From positions 192,001-256,000 of the forward strand of contig CAWBKB010000005.1 in NCBI GenBank assembly GCA_963789265.1: DNA of 64,000 nucleotides, in the 5' to 3' direction. The DNA comes from an uncultured delta proteobacterium. GTDB taxonomy: Bacteria > Desulfobacterota > Desulfomonilia > Desulfomonilales > Desulfomonilaceae. Every line of letters begins with the position of its first letter. The stretch's first letter is position 1. The translations under genes were made by a program, and so were the position numbers. The notes under the pieces are model-generated. The model did no database searches, was not told the origin of the DNA, and saw nothing but the letters and a program-made list of their open reading frames with translations. Of this stretch, positions 54,673 through 64,000 are shown piece by piece.

Positions 54673-56277
54673 ATGACCCAGAGCCTACAGTGGCGAATAA
54701 TTATGATTGGAGTAATTCTGGCGGTATCCGCGTTCCTGGTCTATCCGTCGCTGGGTCCGGTACCCCCCTTCTGGGCAAAATACCTTCCGGATAACCCTGT
54801 ACGTCTTGGTCTTGACCTACAGGGGGGTCTTTATCTTGTCCTCGAGGTTGAGGCTGACAAAGCTGTTGAGGCGCTTGTGGATCAGAGCATCTCAGAGGCC
54901 TCAGCCGTGATGAAGAACGAAAAGATACATTATAGGGACATAAAGCGAACATCCTCCACTTCGATGGCTGTTTATCTCAAGGATGCGGACCAGGAAGGAC
55001 TCTTCGACGAGAAGATCCTGGATAAACTCCAGAATTTTAAAAAAGGCCCCACGGAGCAGACTGAGAAAGGGTTTGAAGTTCAGCTTCAAATGGACCAGAA
55101 GACCGCGGCAAGCATCAAGCAAAGGGCCGTCAGACAAGCCGTAGATACCATTCGGAACCGCGTAGACCAGTTCGGGGTCGCGGAACCGGACGTCGTGGGC
55201 GAAGGCACGGACAGGATCGTCGTCCAGTTGCCGGGGCTCAAGAAAGATATAAACCGCGCAATCGACATCATTAAGAAGACCGCGCGTCTGGAATTCAAGC
55301 TAGTAGATGAGCAGGGGGATCTGAATGCCGCCCTGAAGGGCGATGTTCCGGATGGCGATGAAGTTCTCTATCAAGTGGAACGCAATCCGCGTACCGGATC
55401 TACGAGCCGGAAGCCTTATCTCGTAAAGAAACAGATCCTCATGACCGGGGACTCTATCACTGATGCCAAAGTTCAGCCCGGGCGGATGGGCGGAATGATC
55501 GTTCACATGGATTTCAATTCGACCGGAGCAACTCAGTTCGAGAGAATAACCGGCGATCACATCCGTGAACGGCTGGCCATTATCCTTGATAACCGGGTCT
55601 ATTCAGCGCCGGTGATCAAGGATCGGATATCCGGTGGGTCGGCAATAATAGAAGGCACCTTTAGTCCGCAAGAAGCCAGTGATCTGGCCTTGGTGCTACG
55701 GGCAGGTTCGTTGCCCGCGCCGGTGAAAATCTTGGAAAACCGTACAGTGGGGCCATCGCTTGGTGAGGATTCCATCCGTCTTGGACGAAACGCAATATTG
55801 CTAGGCATAATCCTGATCGCAATCGGCATGGCCCTTTATTACAAGTGGTCGGGACTGGTGGCCGATGTGGCCCTCATTTCCAACCTTCTTCTCATCATGG
55901 CAGTCATGGTTTCGCCGGGCTTGCGCGCAACTTTGACCTTACCCGGGCTTGCCGGAGTCGCGCTGACCATTGGTATGGCAATCGATGCAAACGTCCTTAT
56001 ATTCGAGAGGATACGAGAAGAACTGCGAGCGGGAAAGTCGCCCAAGGCAGCCCTGGACAGTGGTTACACCAAGGCGTTTATGACGATTCTGGATACGCAC
56101 GTTACGAACATTCTGGCCGCACTTCCCTTGATACAATTCGGCACAGGGCCTATCAAAGGGTTTGCGGTCACCTTGTGCATAGGGCTTGTGATTTCCTTGT
56201 TTACCGCCTTCTTCATAACGCGTACGATTTTTGATTACGCGTTCCAGGTCATGCGGATAAAGAGCATAAGTATCTAA
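54673..56277 (+). CDS. secD: Protein translocase subunit SecD
   Basis: Motifs LGLDLQGG, IRNRVDQFGVAEP, LRAGSLPAP and GMAIDANVLIFERIREE. Confidence 0.97.
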   Translation: MTQSLQWRIIMIGVILAVSAFLVYPSLGPVPPFWAKYLPDNPVRLGLDLQGGLYLVLEVEADKAVEALVDQSISEASAVMKNEKIHYRDIKRTSSTSMAVYLKDADQEGLFDEKILDKLQNFKKGPTEQTEKGFEVQLQMDQKTAASIKQRAVRQAVDTIRNRVDQFGVAEPDVVGEGTDRIVVQLPGLKKDINRAIDIIKKTARLEFKLVDEQGDLNAALKGDVPDGDEVLYQVERNPRTGSTSRKPYLVKKQILMTGDSITDAKVQPGRMGGMIVHMDFNSTGATQFERITGDHIRERLAIILDNRVYSAPVIKDRISGGSAIIEGTFSPQEASDLALVLRAGSLPAPVKILENRTVGPSLGEDSIRLGRNAILLGIILIAIGMALYYKWSGLVADVALISNLLLIMAVMVSPGLRATLTLPGLAGVALTIGMAIDANVLIFERIREELRAGKSPKAALDSGYTKAFMTILDTHVTNILAALPLIQFGTGPIKGFAVTLCIGLVISLFTAFFITRTIFDYAFQVMRIKSISI

Positions 56278-56364
56278 TCGGCGAAGGACCTCAGAAATCC
56301 CACCCGCCGTTGGAATGAAGAGTTCTTTCTTAACGTCCCTGCAACTTTCGGAAGGATTGAACAG

Positions 56365-57273
56365 TTGGAGATTATAAAACCGAATACCAACATTAATTTT
56401 TTGGGCAACAGGCACTATGCCTACGCGTTCACTACGATCATGATCCTCCTGTCCCTGGCCTCCATTCCTGTCGTAGGGTATATGAAGCTCGGGGTCGACT
56501 TCACGGGCGGAGCCGTGGTTCAGGTGAAATTCAACAAGCCTGTGCACACAGATCAAGTGAGAGCAGCACTCAAACCACTGGGAACGAATCTGGTGGTTCA
56601 GAAGTTTTCAATGGCATCCGGTGAGGAATTTGTGATCCGCATGGAGCAGCGCGGTGAGGCTTCCGAAAAGTTAGCTCAGCAAGTGAAAGACCTTTTGGAC
56701 GGTAAAATCGGCAAGGGCAGCACCGAAATACGCAGCATGGAAGTGGTGGGCCCCAAAGTGGGGAAGGATCTTCAACAGTCCGCAATCTGGGCCACTGTCA
56801 TAGCTCTCAGCCTTCTCCTCATTTACATGGCCTTCCGCTTCACATTCACAATGGGATTGGGTGCTATTGTTTGTTTAATACACGATTTGTGCATAGTGTA
56901 CGGATTCTTTGCTTGGACGGGAAAAGAGTTCAATCTGACGATCCTTGCGGCCATGCTCACTATCATCGGATATGACATTAATGACACGATAGTCGTCTGC
57001 GATAGAACACGGGACAACTTGAAGCTGATGAAGAAGCGATCGCTCATCGACATCTTCAACGCGTCCATCAATCAGACGCTTTCAAGGACCGTGCTCACCA
57101 GTGGTTTCACTATGCTTTCGGTCGTCGCCTTCTTGATTTTCGAGACCACTGCGCTAAAAGATTTCGCGTGGGCGCTCATTGTCGGAATCATATTTGGAAC
57201 CTATTCCTCGATCTTTGTCGCCTCTCCCTTAGTTTTGGAGTTGGACAGGTTCTTGCCTGTAAAACGGGGGTGA
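56365..57273 (+). CDS. secF: Protein translocase subunit SecF
   Basis: Motifs GVDFTGG, VGPKVGKDL, GYDINDTIVVCDR and GTYSSIFVASP. Confidence 0.97.
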   Translation: MEIIKPNTNINFLGNRHYAYAFTTIMILLSLASIPVVGYMKLGVDFTGGAVVQVKFNKPVHTDQVRAALKPLGTNLVVQKFSMASGEEFVIRMEQRGEASEKLAQQVKDLLDGKIGKGSTEIRSMEVVGPKVGKDLQQSAIWATVIALSLLLIYMAFRFTFTMGLGAIVCLIHDLCIVYGFFAWTGKEFNLTILAAMLTIIGYDINDTIVVCDRTRDNLKLMKKRSLIDIFNASINQTLSRTVLTSGFTMLSVVAFLIFETTALKDFAWALIVGIIFGTYSSIFVASPLVLELDRFLPVKRG

Positions 57274-57299
57274 CGTATAACGCCTAGCGACCCTTCATA

Positions 57300-58310
57300 A
57301 TGACCTTCCTCGTCGGACACGAAAACAATCTGGCCTTGCTGAAGCAGACCGTCACAGAAGGACGGCCGGCTCATGCCTATCTGTTCACCGGGCCGGAAGG
57401 GATCGGCAAGAAGCGGATAGGGCTTAGATTTGCCTGCCTTCTGAATTGTCACGGCGCACATGAAAATCTGGAAGGTTCTTGCTCCGTATGTCGCAGGATA
57501 ATCGCTGAAAAGCACCCTGATGTGACGATTGAAAGGCCTGAAAGGGGCATGATCCGTATCGATCGCATACGGAATCTTCAGGCTTTTTTCAAGTATGCGC
57601 CAGTTGAGGGTCGATACAGGGTGACGATTATCGATGATGCGCATCTGATGAACAGGTCAGCCCAAAATGCTCTTCTGAAAACCCTGGAAGAGCCTCCATC
57701 CGGCCGTGTTCTTATTCTGGTCACTTCAAGACCTTCTTTATTGCTTCCTACAGTGCGGTCGAGGACCCGGCGGATGCGATTCAACCCTATACCCTTGTCC
57801 TCGCTGGCTAAGCTGTTGGAACAAATGGGGATCCCCTTGGAAAAGGCTCGTGCATTGGCGGTTATGTCGTCCGGAAGCGTCGCCAGGGCCATGGAGATGG
57901 ATGCGTCAAGCTTCCTTGATCTCCGGGAGCGGATCGTATCGGCCCTCTCCGATCCCAAGGGGAAAACAATCGGCGGATTGTTGGAGCTTTCAGCCACGAT
58001 TTCCACTGATAAACATACCGCGGTCCAGGCAATAGAAATAGCAACTACGTGGATTCGAGACCTGCTCGTTGAGCAGGCCGGCTTCGATCTCACGGAGCGA
58101 ATTCACGGAGATTTCCTTGACAGAATCGCCTCGGCGGCTCAACATGATAATAGTAGACAACTGCTTTCGGTCTACGATGAACTGGTGAAGGCATCTTCCC
58201 TCATTGAGTCTGACATCAATGTAAACCGGAACCTAGTTACTGATGTAATGCTTCTGCGGATAGCCCGCATATTAGCCGGACCTTCGCTCGGCGTGGTATT
58301 GGCCGGCTGA
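57300..58310 (+). CDS. holB: DNA polymerase III delta-prime subunit
   Basis: Motifs HAYLFTGPEGIGK, C..C Zn module, HPDV, AQNALLKTLEEP and LLPTVRSR. Confidence 0.93.
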   Translation: MTFLVGHENNLALLKQTVTEGRPAHAYLFTGPEGIGKKRIGLRFACLLNCHGAHENLEGSCSVCRRIIAEKHPDVTIERPERGMIRIDRIRNLQAFFKYAPVEGRYRVTIIDDAHLMNRSAQNALLKTLEEPPSGRVLILVTSRPSLLLPTVRSRTRRMRFNPIPLSSLAKLLEQMGIPLEKARALAVMSSGSVARAMEMDASSFLDLRERIVSALSDPKGKTIGGLLELSATISTDKHTAVQAIEIATTWIRDLLVEQAGFDLTERIHGDFLDRIASAAQHDNSRQLLSVYDELVKASSLIESDINVNRNLVTDVMLLRIARILAGPSLGVVLAG

Positions 58311-58331
58311 TGAAAGATTGACGAGAAACCA

Positions 58332-59597
58332 ATGAAAGACGCCACCTATCTTCCAAGGTCGTACGGATCTAGTACTCGAGGAAAAGTCGTTAACGAACAC
58401 GTGGACCAAACTGCTCACACCGCAAACGCCACCGAGAGCGCGAATCGCGTGGAAGAAGCTGCGGGGCAGCCTGAAGATGAGTTGACATTAGAGCAAGCTC
58501 CCGCTGAGCTCCGAGATGATTCTGAGGATGATTTCTCCGGTGGATGTGACGAATTCGACGACGGACTCGTAGACCCAACAATTGAAAATGAGCCGTCTAT
58601 TTCACTCAAAACCCATCCCCATTTGATAAGTTATAAGAAAGCCAGTGCCCAGGCGAGCCTGATCGCCTCTGAAGTCACCGACGAAGGGCACCTTCCATTG
58701 ATAAAAGTGAAGGTGGTAGGAGTTCGCTTCGGATACGCCTGCAAAATCTATCACTTCGACGCGGGAGACATGGACCTGGCTGCCGGTGACTGGGTGATTG
58801 TAAAGACTGAAAAAGGCAATGGACTGGGACATGTAGTTTTGGCTCCCTTTGAACGTTTCATAGATGCGTCTCAACTTGAAGGTTTGAGGAATGTTATCAG
58901 GAAGGCCTGTAAGGTTGATTTCGACCAGAAGGAGCGCTGTACTGAAAGGGAGACGGAAGCTTACGCCGATTGTCTGGAAAGGATTGAAGTTCTGGGACTT
59001 GACATGAAATTGGTCGCAGTCGAATGCTTTTTCGATGGGTCCAAGTATGTCTTCTATTTTACCGCGGACGGACGGGTCGATTTCCGAGAGTTGGTGAAGC
59101 AGCTCGTGGCCCGTTTCCCGGTTAGAATTGAAATGAGGCAAATAGGGGTCAGACATGAGGCAAAAATGACGGGTGGGCTGGCCTGCTGCGGACAGGAGCT
59201 GTGTTGCTCCCGTTTTTTGACGGATTTCCGGCCCGTATCGGTAAAAATGGCAAAGACCCAGAACCTTTCCCTAAACCCAACAAAGATTTCCGGTGTATGT
59301 GGCCGTCTCATGTGCTGCCTGGGGTATGAACACGACACTTACGAAGAATTTAGGAAACAACTACCGAAGGTCGGAAAAGCAGTCAAAACCCAAAAGGGGG
59401 ATGGAGTGGTTGTCAAACATAATCCTCTCGCCGAAAGTATTTTCGTTCGCGTGGACGAAGAAAACATAGTAGAAGTTGGCAGGGACGAACTCATTCAAGA
59501 GGTTGGGAGTTCGGGGCAAAAGAGGTGTTCGGCATGCGCTGAGGTGGGGGAGTTGAAGACCAAGGATTGTGACGAGTCGCCGCGCGACCGCGCATGA
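58332..59597 (+). CDS. ricT: PSP1-domain protein (RicT/YaaT family) with acidic N-terminal extension
   Basis: Motifs FYFTADGRVDFRELVK, RIEMRQIGVR, CGQELCC and KISGVCGRLMCCL; follows holB. Confidence 0.9.
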   Translation: MKDATYLPRSYGSSTRGKVVNEHVDQTAHTANATESANRVEEAAGQPEDELTLEQAPAELRDDSEDDFSGGCDEFDDGLVDPTIENEPSISLKTHPHLISYKKASAQASLIASEVTDEGHLPLIKVKVVGVRFGYACKIYHFDAGDMDLAAGDWVIVKTEKGNGLGHVVLAPFERFIDASQLEGLRNVIRKACKVDFDQKERCTERETEAYADCLERIEVLGLDMKLVAVECFFDGSKYVFYFTADGRVDFRELVKQLVARFPVRIEMRQIGVRHEAKMTGGLACCGQELCCSRFLTDFRPVSVKMAKTQNLSLNPTKISGVCGRLMCCLGYEHDTYEEFRKQLPKVGKAVKTQKGDGVVVKHNPLAESIFVRVDEENIVEVGRDELIQEVGSSGQKRCSACAEVGELKTKDCDESPRDRA

Positions 59598-59928
59598 CGA
59601 GCGGTATGCAGAATGCCGCGGACGACCTGGAACCTCGGGTTACTTCTGAAGAGGATCGAGGCTTATAGCATCAGTCAAAAATTTTGTCCGATTTGCTCCG
59701 CGTTTAGCGGGGTCACCTCGGACGCCGATCAGGGATCCAGTCTATCCCGCGTCGCGCGGGACCGTGTGCGTGGGAATAAAGATAAAAAGCCCCGGAGGGC
59801 AAGTCTTCAAATGACTGTGCTTCCAATGAACAAAGAGACATTTTGGGGGACAACTTCTATAAGCGTTCCCGTGCGCTCTGCTTGGCCTTGGTCGCTAAAT
59901 CTCAAGAGGCTTTTTTGAAAGCGGTAAC

Positions 59929-60823
59929 CATGAAATTCGGCACGAGAAATCGAAACCATACCGATGGCCGAGCGATTGGTAGCTTGATAGCATTCCGGTG
60001 CTGCCTGTTTGCCGCGCTTACAGCCGCGACCTTTTTTCTTTCCTGGACTAATGGTGAGTGCGGTGTGGTCTACGACCGGGTGATGAAAAGGGGAAGCGTG
60101 CGTATAGGAGTCCCCTACAACAGTATCCCTCAGGGATTTCTCAAATCATCCGGCGAATGGGTCGGCTTTGAGTTGGATCTGGCTTCAGAATTGGCCAAGC
60201 ACATGAGCCTCAAACTGGAGTCGGTTAAAGTCAACGAACAAACGTGGGGGCCTATGCTGACGCAAGGTCGGATAGACGCCGCTTTTTGCCGGATAACACA
60301 CAGGCGTTCTCTGGAGAGCGCTTTCGATTTTTCCGTCCCCTATTTTTTTGACTCCCGGAGCATTCTCATTCTTAAAGGCAGCTTTAAATCAGCCAGTGAC
60401 CTCAAAGGCAACAAGATCGCCGTGGTACAAGGTTCCGCTGCCGAAAAAGCCGCTATGCATCTCCTCAAAGAGGCCGGTGACCCTAACGCTGAAAAGAATG
60501 TGGTATCATTTCCGGATCGGCCCACATGTTTTATGGCTTTGGGGCAGGGTAAAGTTGCGGGATGGATGGATTCCGGAATGACCTTGATCGAATACTCTTC
60601 CCGCAGCGCCGGCCGTTTCGAGCTTCTCAGTGCCTCCGATGCGATCGAAGAGGTTGCTGCGGCCCTTCCTCAGAACGATTCCGCATGGCGGGACCTCATC
60701 AACTTTACCATCCAGGACATGGCGGCGGACGGCTCTTTCAAGAAGATATATGACCGGTGGTTCGGGCCCAAAACTCCTTACGCATTCCCTACAAAACGAT
60801 CCATTGACATCTGGCCGGAATGA
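59929..60823 (+). CDS. Amino-acid ABC transporter substrate-binding protein (family 3), orphan
   Basis: Motifs GFELDLA, L.QGRID, DFSVPYF and DGSFKKIYDRWFG. Confidence 0.85.
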
Positions 60824-60878
60824 CAATTCCCCACAGCCCCAAAGCGCTTGCAATGTCAACGCTGTCGGAGAACAGCCC

Positions 60879-62804
60879 ATGAAACGAGTGATCCTCGGCA
60901 CCGCCGGCCACATAGATCATGGAAAGACCGAGTTGGTGCGGGCCCTCACAGGTATTGAGACTGACCGCCTCAAAGAAGAAAAACAGCGAGGCATAAGCAT
61001 AGAGCTGGGGTTTGCTTTCCTGGATCTAGATAAGGACATCCGTATGGGGATTGTGGACGTCCCGGGACACGAGAAATTTGTCCGGCACATGGTGGCCGGC
61101 TCGGGCGGCATAGATATAGCGTTGTTGGTAATTGCTTTGGACGAGGGGGTAATGCCGCAGACTGTGGAGCACCTTGACATCCTGAGCCTACTCTCAATCC
61201 GACAAGGTTTGGTGGTGCTGACGAAGCTGGATCTGGTGGATGAGGAGCTGGCTCTCTTGGCCGAAGAAGATGCAAAAGAGGCCGTTAAGGGAACTTTTCT
61301 GGAAGGCGCTCCCATGATTCGCGTATCTTCCAGGACCGGTGCCGGAATAGATCGACTGCGCACGGCACTCACACAATTGGCTGCGCAAGTCACCCAGCGT
61401 CCTGTTCACGGCCTGCTTCGCCTGCCCGTGGACAGAGTCTTTACCATGAAGGGGCATGGGACGGTTGTAACCGGAACACTCATATCGGGCACACTGTCAA
61501 CTGGGGACGATGTGGAGATACTGCCGGGAGGCCTACGTTCTTCGGTTCGTTCACTGGAGTCTCACAACCGGCCCGAAGTGAAAGTCTTTCCCGGAGAACG
61601 GGTCGCGGTCAATCTGCGTGGGTTGGAACAGGCCCAGATCCACAGAGGAGAAGTATTGACTCACCCCGGGGAGTTCCAACCCTCGTACATGGTCGACGTG
61701 AAGCTTAAAGCTCTTGCGCGTTGTCCGACTGCTCTGAAGAATCGTAGGAAAGTTAGGCTGCATCACTACACTTCAGAAGTTGAAGCTCGCGTTGTGCTTC
61801 CGGGTTTGGAAAGCGTGGAGCCCGGTCAGGAAACGTTAGCACAGTTGCGAACCTCTTTTCCCGTTGTTCCATCCACCGGAGACCACTTTGTTATTAGGGG
61901 ACTCTCTCCGTCCATCACCCTTGGAGGAGGCGTGGTCCTTAATCCGAGAGGAGTCAAACTAAAGGCCCGCTCAGTCAAGTCATTCGCGGAATTGGGTGAC
62001 CAGGACGACACTGCCATTGTAGCCTCGTTAGTGCGGAGCTGCGGTTTGTCCGGCGTTGCACGCAACGAATTGTTGGGGATGTCCGGCTTTTCCGCCAAGC
62101 GATTGGACAAGACCCTGGATTCTCTTCGAAACTCCAGGACTGTGATCCGCTTTGATCCTTCTGAAAATAGGATGATACACGGCGACTTCTTCGATGTGGT
62201 AAAGAGCAAGATACTCAACAGACTCTCCATCTTTCACAGGGATCAGCCGCTCAAGGCAGGCATATCCAAACAAGAGTTACGGTCAATCGTCCCGGGCGGG
62301 GACAAGCTGTTCAAGACTGTAATTGAGAGCCTGGTTTCCAAAGGTGACGTCGTGGACCAGGGGGAAACGATTCGCCTTTCATCTCACGAGATCCGGCTCA
62401 AAGAAGATGAAAAGGGGCTTAAAGAGCGTCTGATGAAAATGATCGTTCAAGGAGGAAATTCGCCGCCGGTCCTTAAAGAAATACTTCAAGCCACCGGAAC
62501 GGATGTCAAGCAGATCCGGAACCTCTTGAATCTTCTGGAAAAGGAAGGTCAAGTTGTTAGAGTCAAAGAAGACATTTACTTTTCGGCGACTTTTGTCAAA
62601 GGAGTTAAGCAAAAGCTTGTCGAATTCATACAGCGGGAAGGGGGTTTGACCCCTTCGCAGTTTCATGAGATTACCGGATCGTCCAGGAAGTACAATATAC
62701 CTCTGCTTGAGTATTTCGACCGTGAGCGTTTCACTATGAGAATAGGAGATCAACGTGTGCTGAGAGGCTTGGGAACCTCCGGCGACGGAGGTAAGGTCGA
62801 ATAA
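60879..62804 (+). CDS. selB: Selenocysteine-specific elongation factor
   Basis: Motifs ILGTAGHIDHGKT, DRLKEEKQRGISIELGF, DVPGHEKF and C-terminal SRKYNIPLLEYFD. Confidence 0.96.
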   Translation: MKRVILGTAGHIDHGKTELVRALTGIETDRLKEEKQRGISIELGFAFLDLDKDIRMGIVDVPGHEKFVRHMVAGSGGIDIALLVIALDEGVMPQTVEHLDILSLLSIRQGLVVLTKLDLVDEELALLAEEDAKEAVKGTFLEGAPMIRVSSRTGAGIDRLRTALTQLAAQVTQRPVHGLLRLPVDRVFTMKGHGTVVTGTLISGTLSTGDDVEILPGGLRSSVRSLESHNRPEVKVFPGERVAVNLRGLEQAQIHRGEVLTHPGEFQPSYMVDVKLKALARCPTALKNRRKVRLHHYTSEVEARVVLPGLESVEPGQETLAQLRTSFPVVPSTGDHFVIRGLSPSITLGGGVVLNPRGVKLKARSVKSFAELGDQDDTAIVASLVRSCGLSGVARNELLGMSGFSAKRLDKTLDSLRNSRTVIRFDPSENRMIHGDFFDVVKSKILNRLSIFHRDQPLKAGISKQELRSIVPGGDKLFKTVIESLVSKGDVVDQGETIRLSSHEIRLKEDEKGLKERLMKMIVQGGNSPPVLKEILQATGTDVKQIRNLLNLLEKEGQVVRVKEDIYFSATFVKGVKQKLVEFIQREGGLTPSQFHEITGSSRKYNIPLLEYFDRERFTMRIGDQRVLRGLGTSGDGGKVE

Positions 62805-63241
62805 TAGTCAGCTATTTTCTTAATATGGTTAAGACAGTCCGTCCTTTGTGCTTCGAAGTGTCGGGCTGTGTCAGGCGTCTTGTCTTGTATGTACTCGATC
62901 AGTGCCTGGGCCTGATGATCCAAGCACCCATAAGCATTGTCAAGGAGCCCGATAAGGTGCTTGTCCGCGTTTGAAATCCGGCTTGCAGAAACGGCCTTGA
63001 ATTTGGCCCGAATTATTCGGACCCTTTTTCGGACGTTCGTGGCGATCTCGAGGGCAGTCCCTTTGGGAATTATGTCTCCCACAAATCCGTCAGCAGTAGT
63101 TCCCATCAGAAGAAAAGAGTCATTGAGATAAGCGGTAGCGGTCTCACCGAAGGCATTGAGAAACACCGCTTCATCAGCTCCGCGTGACATTGTAGGACAC
63201 AGTAGTGAGATGAAAATGAACAGGCAAGCAATTCGTTTCAT
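62750..63241 (-). CDS. Secreted helical hypothetical protein
   Basis: Signal peptide MKRIACLFIFISLLCPTMSRGA; fills the gap between selB and queH. Confidence 0.6.
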   Translation of the reverse strand: MKRIACLFIFISLLCPTMSRGADEAVFLNAFGETATAYLNDSFLLMGTTADGFVGDIIPKGTALEIATNVRKRVRIIRAKFKAVSASRISNADKHLIGLLDNAYGCLDHQAQALIEYIQDKTPDTARHFEAQRTDCLNHIKKIADYYSTLPPSPEVPKPLSTR

Positions 63242-63334
63242 AACTAACACGATCTCGAATAATATTCCGGGTTTTGCGAGGCCGGTTCGCGGCAAAACTC
63301 ATATCACGACGACAGAAAGGAGACAACCTTTTTC

Positions 63335-63870
63335 ATGAGAATACTTCTTCATGCGTGCTGTGCACCTTGCCTGGTGTACCCCTCGACGACTTGCGCTCCG
63401 AGGGCCACGAGATTACCGCCGTGTTCTTCAATCCAAACATACACCCTTATACTGAATACCTACGCAGGTTTGACGCCTTTACAGTCTATACAAGCGGAAA
63501 CAGCGTTCGGGTACTCACGGAGGATTTCCAGGAGGGTATGGAAGAATGGTTCCGTGAGGTAGTATTCAGGGAAGCTCAACGGTGCCGGCTCTGCTTCAAC
63601 TTCAGAATTGACAGGATCGCTCGGCTCGCCGAGACCAAGGGATTCGACGCGTTCTCCACTACGTTGTTGTACAGCCGCTTTCAAAAACACGAACTCCTGA
63701 AGTCGGTTTGCGAGGCAGTTTCTGAAAAATACGGAATCCCCTTTGTTTATAGGGACTGGCGCACAGGCTGGAATGAAGGCGTCAAGCGGTATCGGAAACT
63801 GGGTCTTTACCGCCAGAAATATTGTGGCTGTGTGTACAGTGAAAAGGAACGCGCTCAGAAAATCATGTGA
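63335..63870 (+). CDS. queH: Epoxyqueuosine reductase QueH; -1 frameshift in the C run at 63379-63382
   Basis: MRILLHACCAPC in one frame; FFNPNIHPYTEY, RC..C, FSTTLLYS and YRQKYCGCVYSE in the next. Confidence 0.92.
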
Positions 63871-64000
63871 GAGGATGCATTCGCATTAGCTTCTAAGCGG
63901 AAAAAGACTCTCATTGCAAATCCGGCGAAACGTGAGACGAAGCAATCCTCGCAATCACGAAGAACTGACAGTTGCCCCTTGTGAGTAATTGGTGACCTCG

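Overview
A 64 kb chromosomal segment of an anaerobic deltaproteobacterium (Desulfobacterota; possibly Desulfomonile-like, inferred from gene content only). Housekeeping genes: holA (5'-truncated), ald, rsmA, tgt-yajC-secD-secF-holB-ricT, selB and queH. Catabolic genes: a hydantoinase/oxoprolinase AB pair, a phenylacetate-CoA ligase, a gamma-glutamylcyclotransferase, an NADH:flavin oxidoreductase, an enoyl-CoA hydratase and a glutaryl-CoA-type dehydrogenase. Also present are a Wzm/Wzt surface-polysaccharide locus, a large outer-membrane protein with a sigma-54 promoter, and an accessory block (IS1634 remnant, YidH, MarC, sulfatase and maturase, Cys-rich mini-protein, hicAB). The most unusual items are: (1) a ~1500-aa dikinase-like protein with PPDK ATP-grasp and phospho-His domains but no pyruvate-binding barrel, overlapping an MshEN-like/GAF/sigma-54 activator and preceded by an RsbW-like HATPase-GNAT fusion, a candidate undescribed phosphotransfer signalling system; (2) a B12-binding radical SAM enzyme fused to a trigger-factor FKBP domain and TPRs; (3) an unannotated 56-aa, 10-Cys desulforedoxin-like protein; (4) nested MITE/REP repeats. 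About a dozen single-base frameshifts in otherwise intact genes look like sequencing indels rather than real pseudogenes. All calls come from motif recognition by eye; no searches were run.
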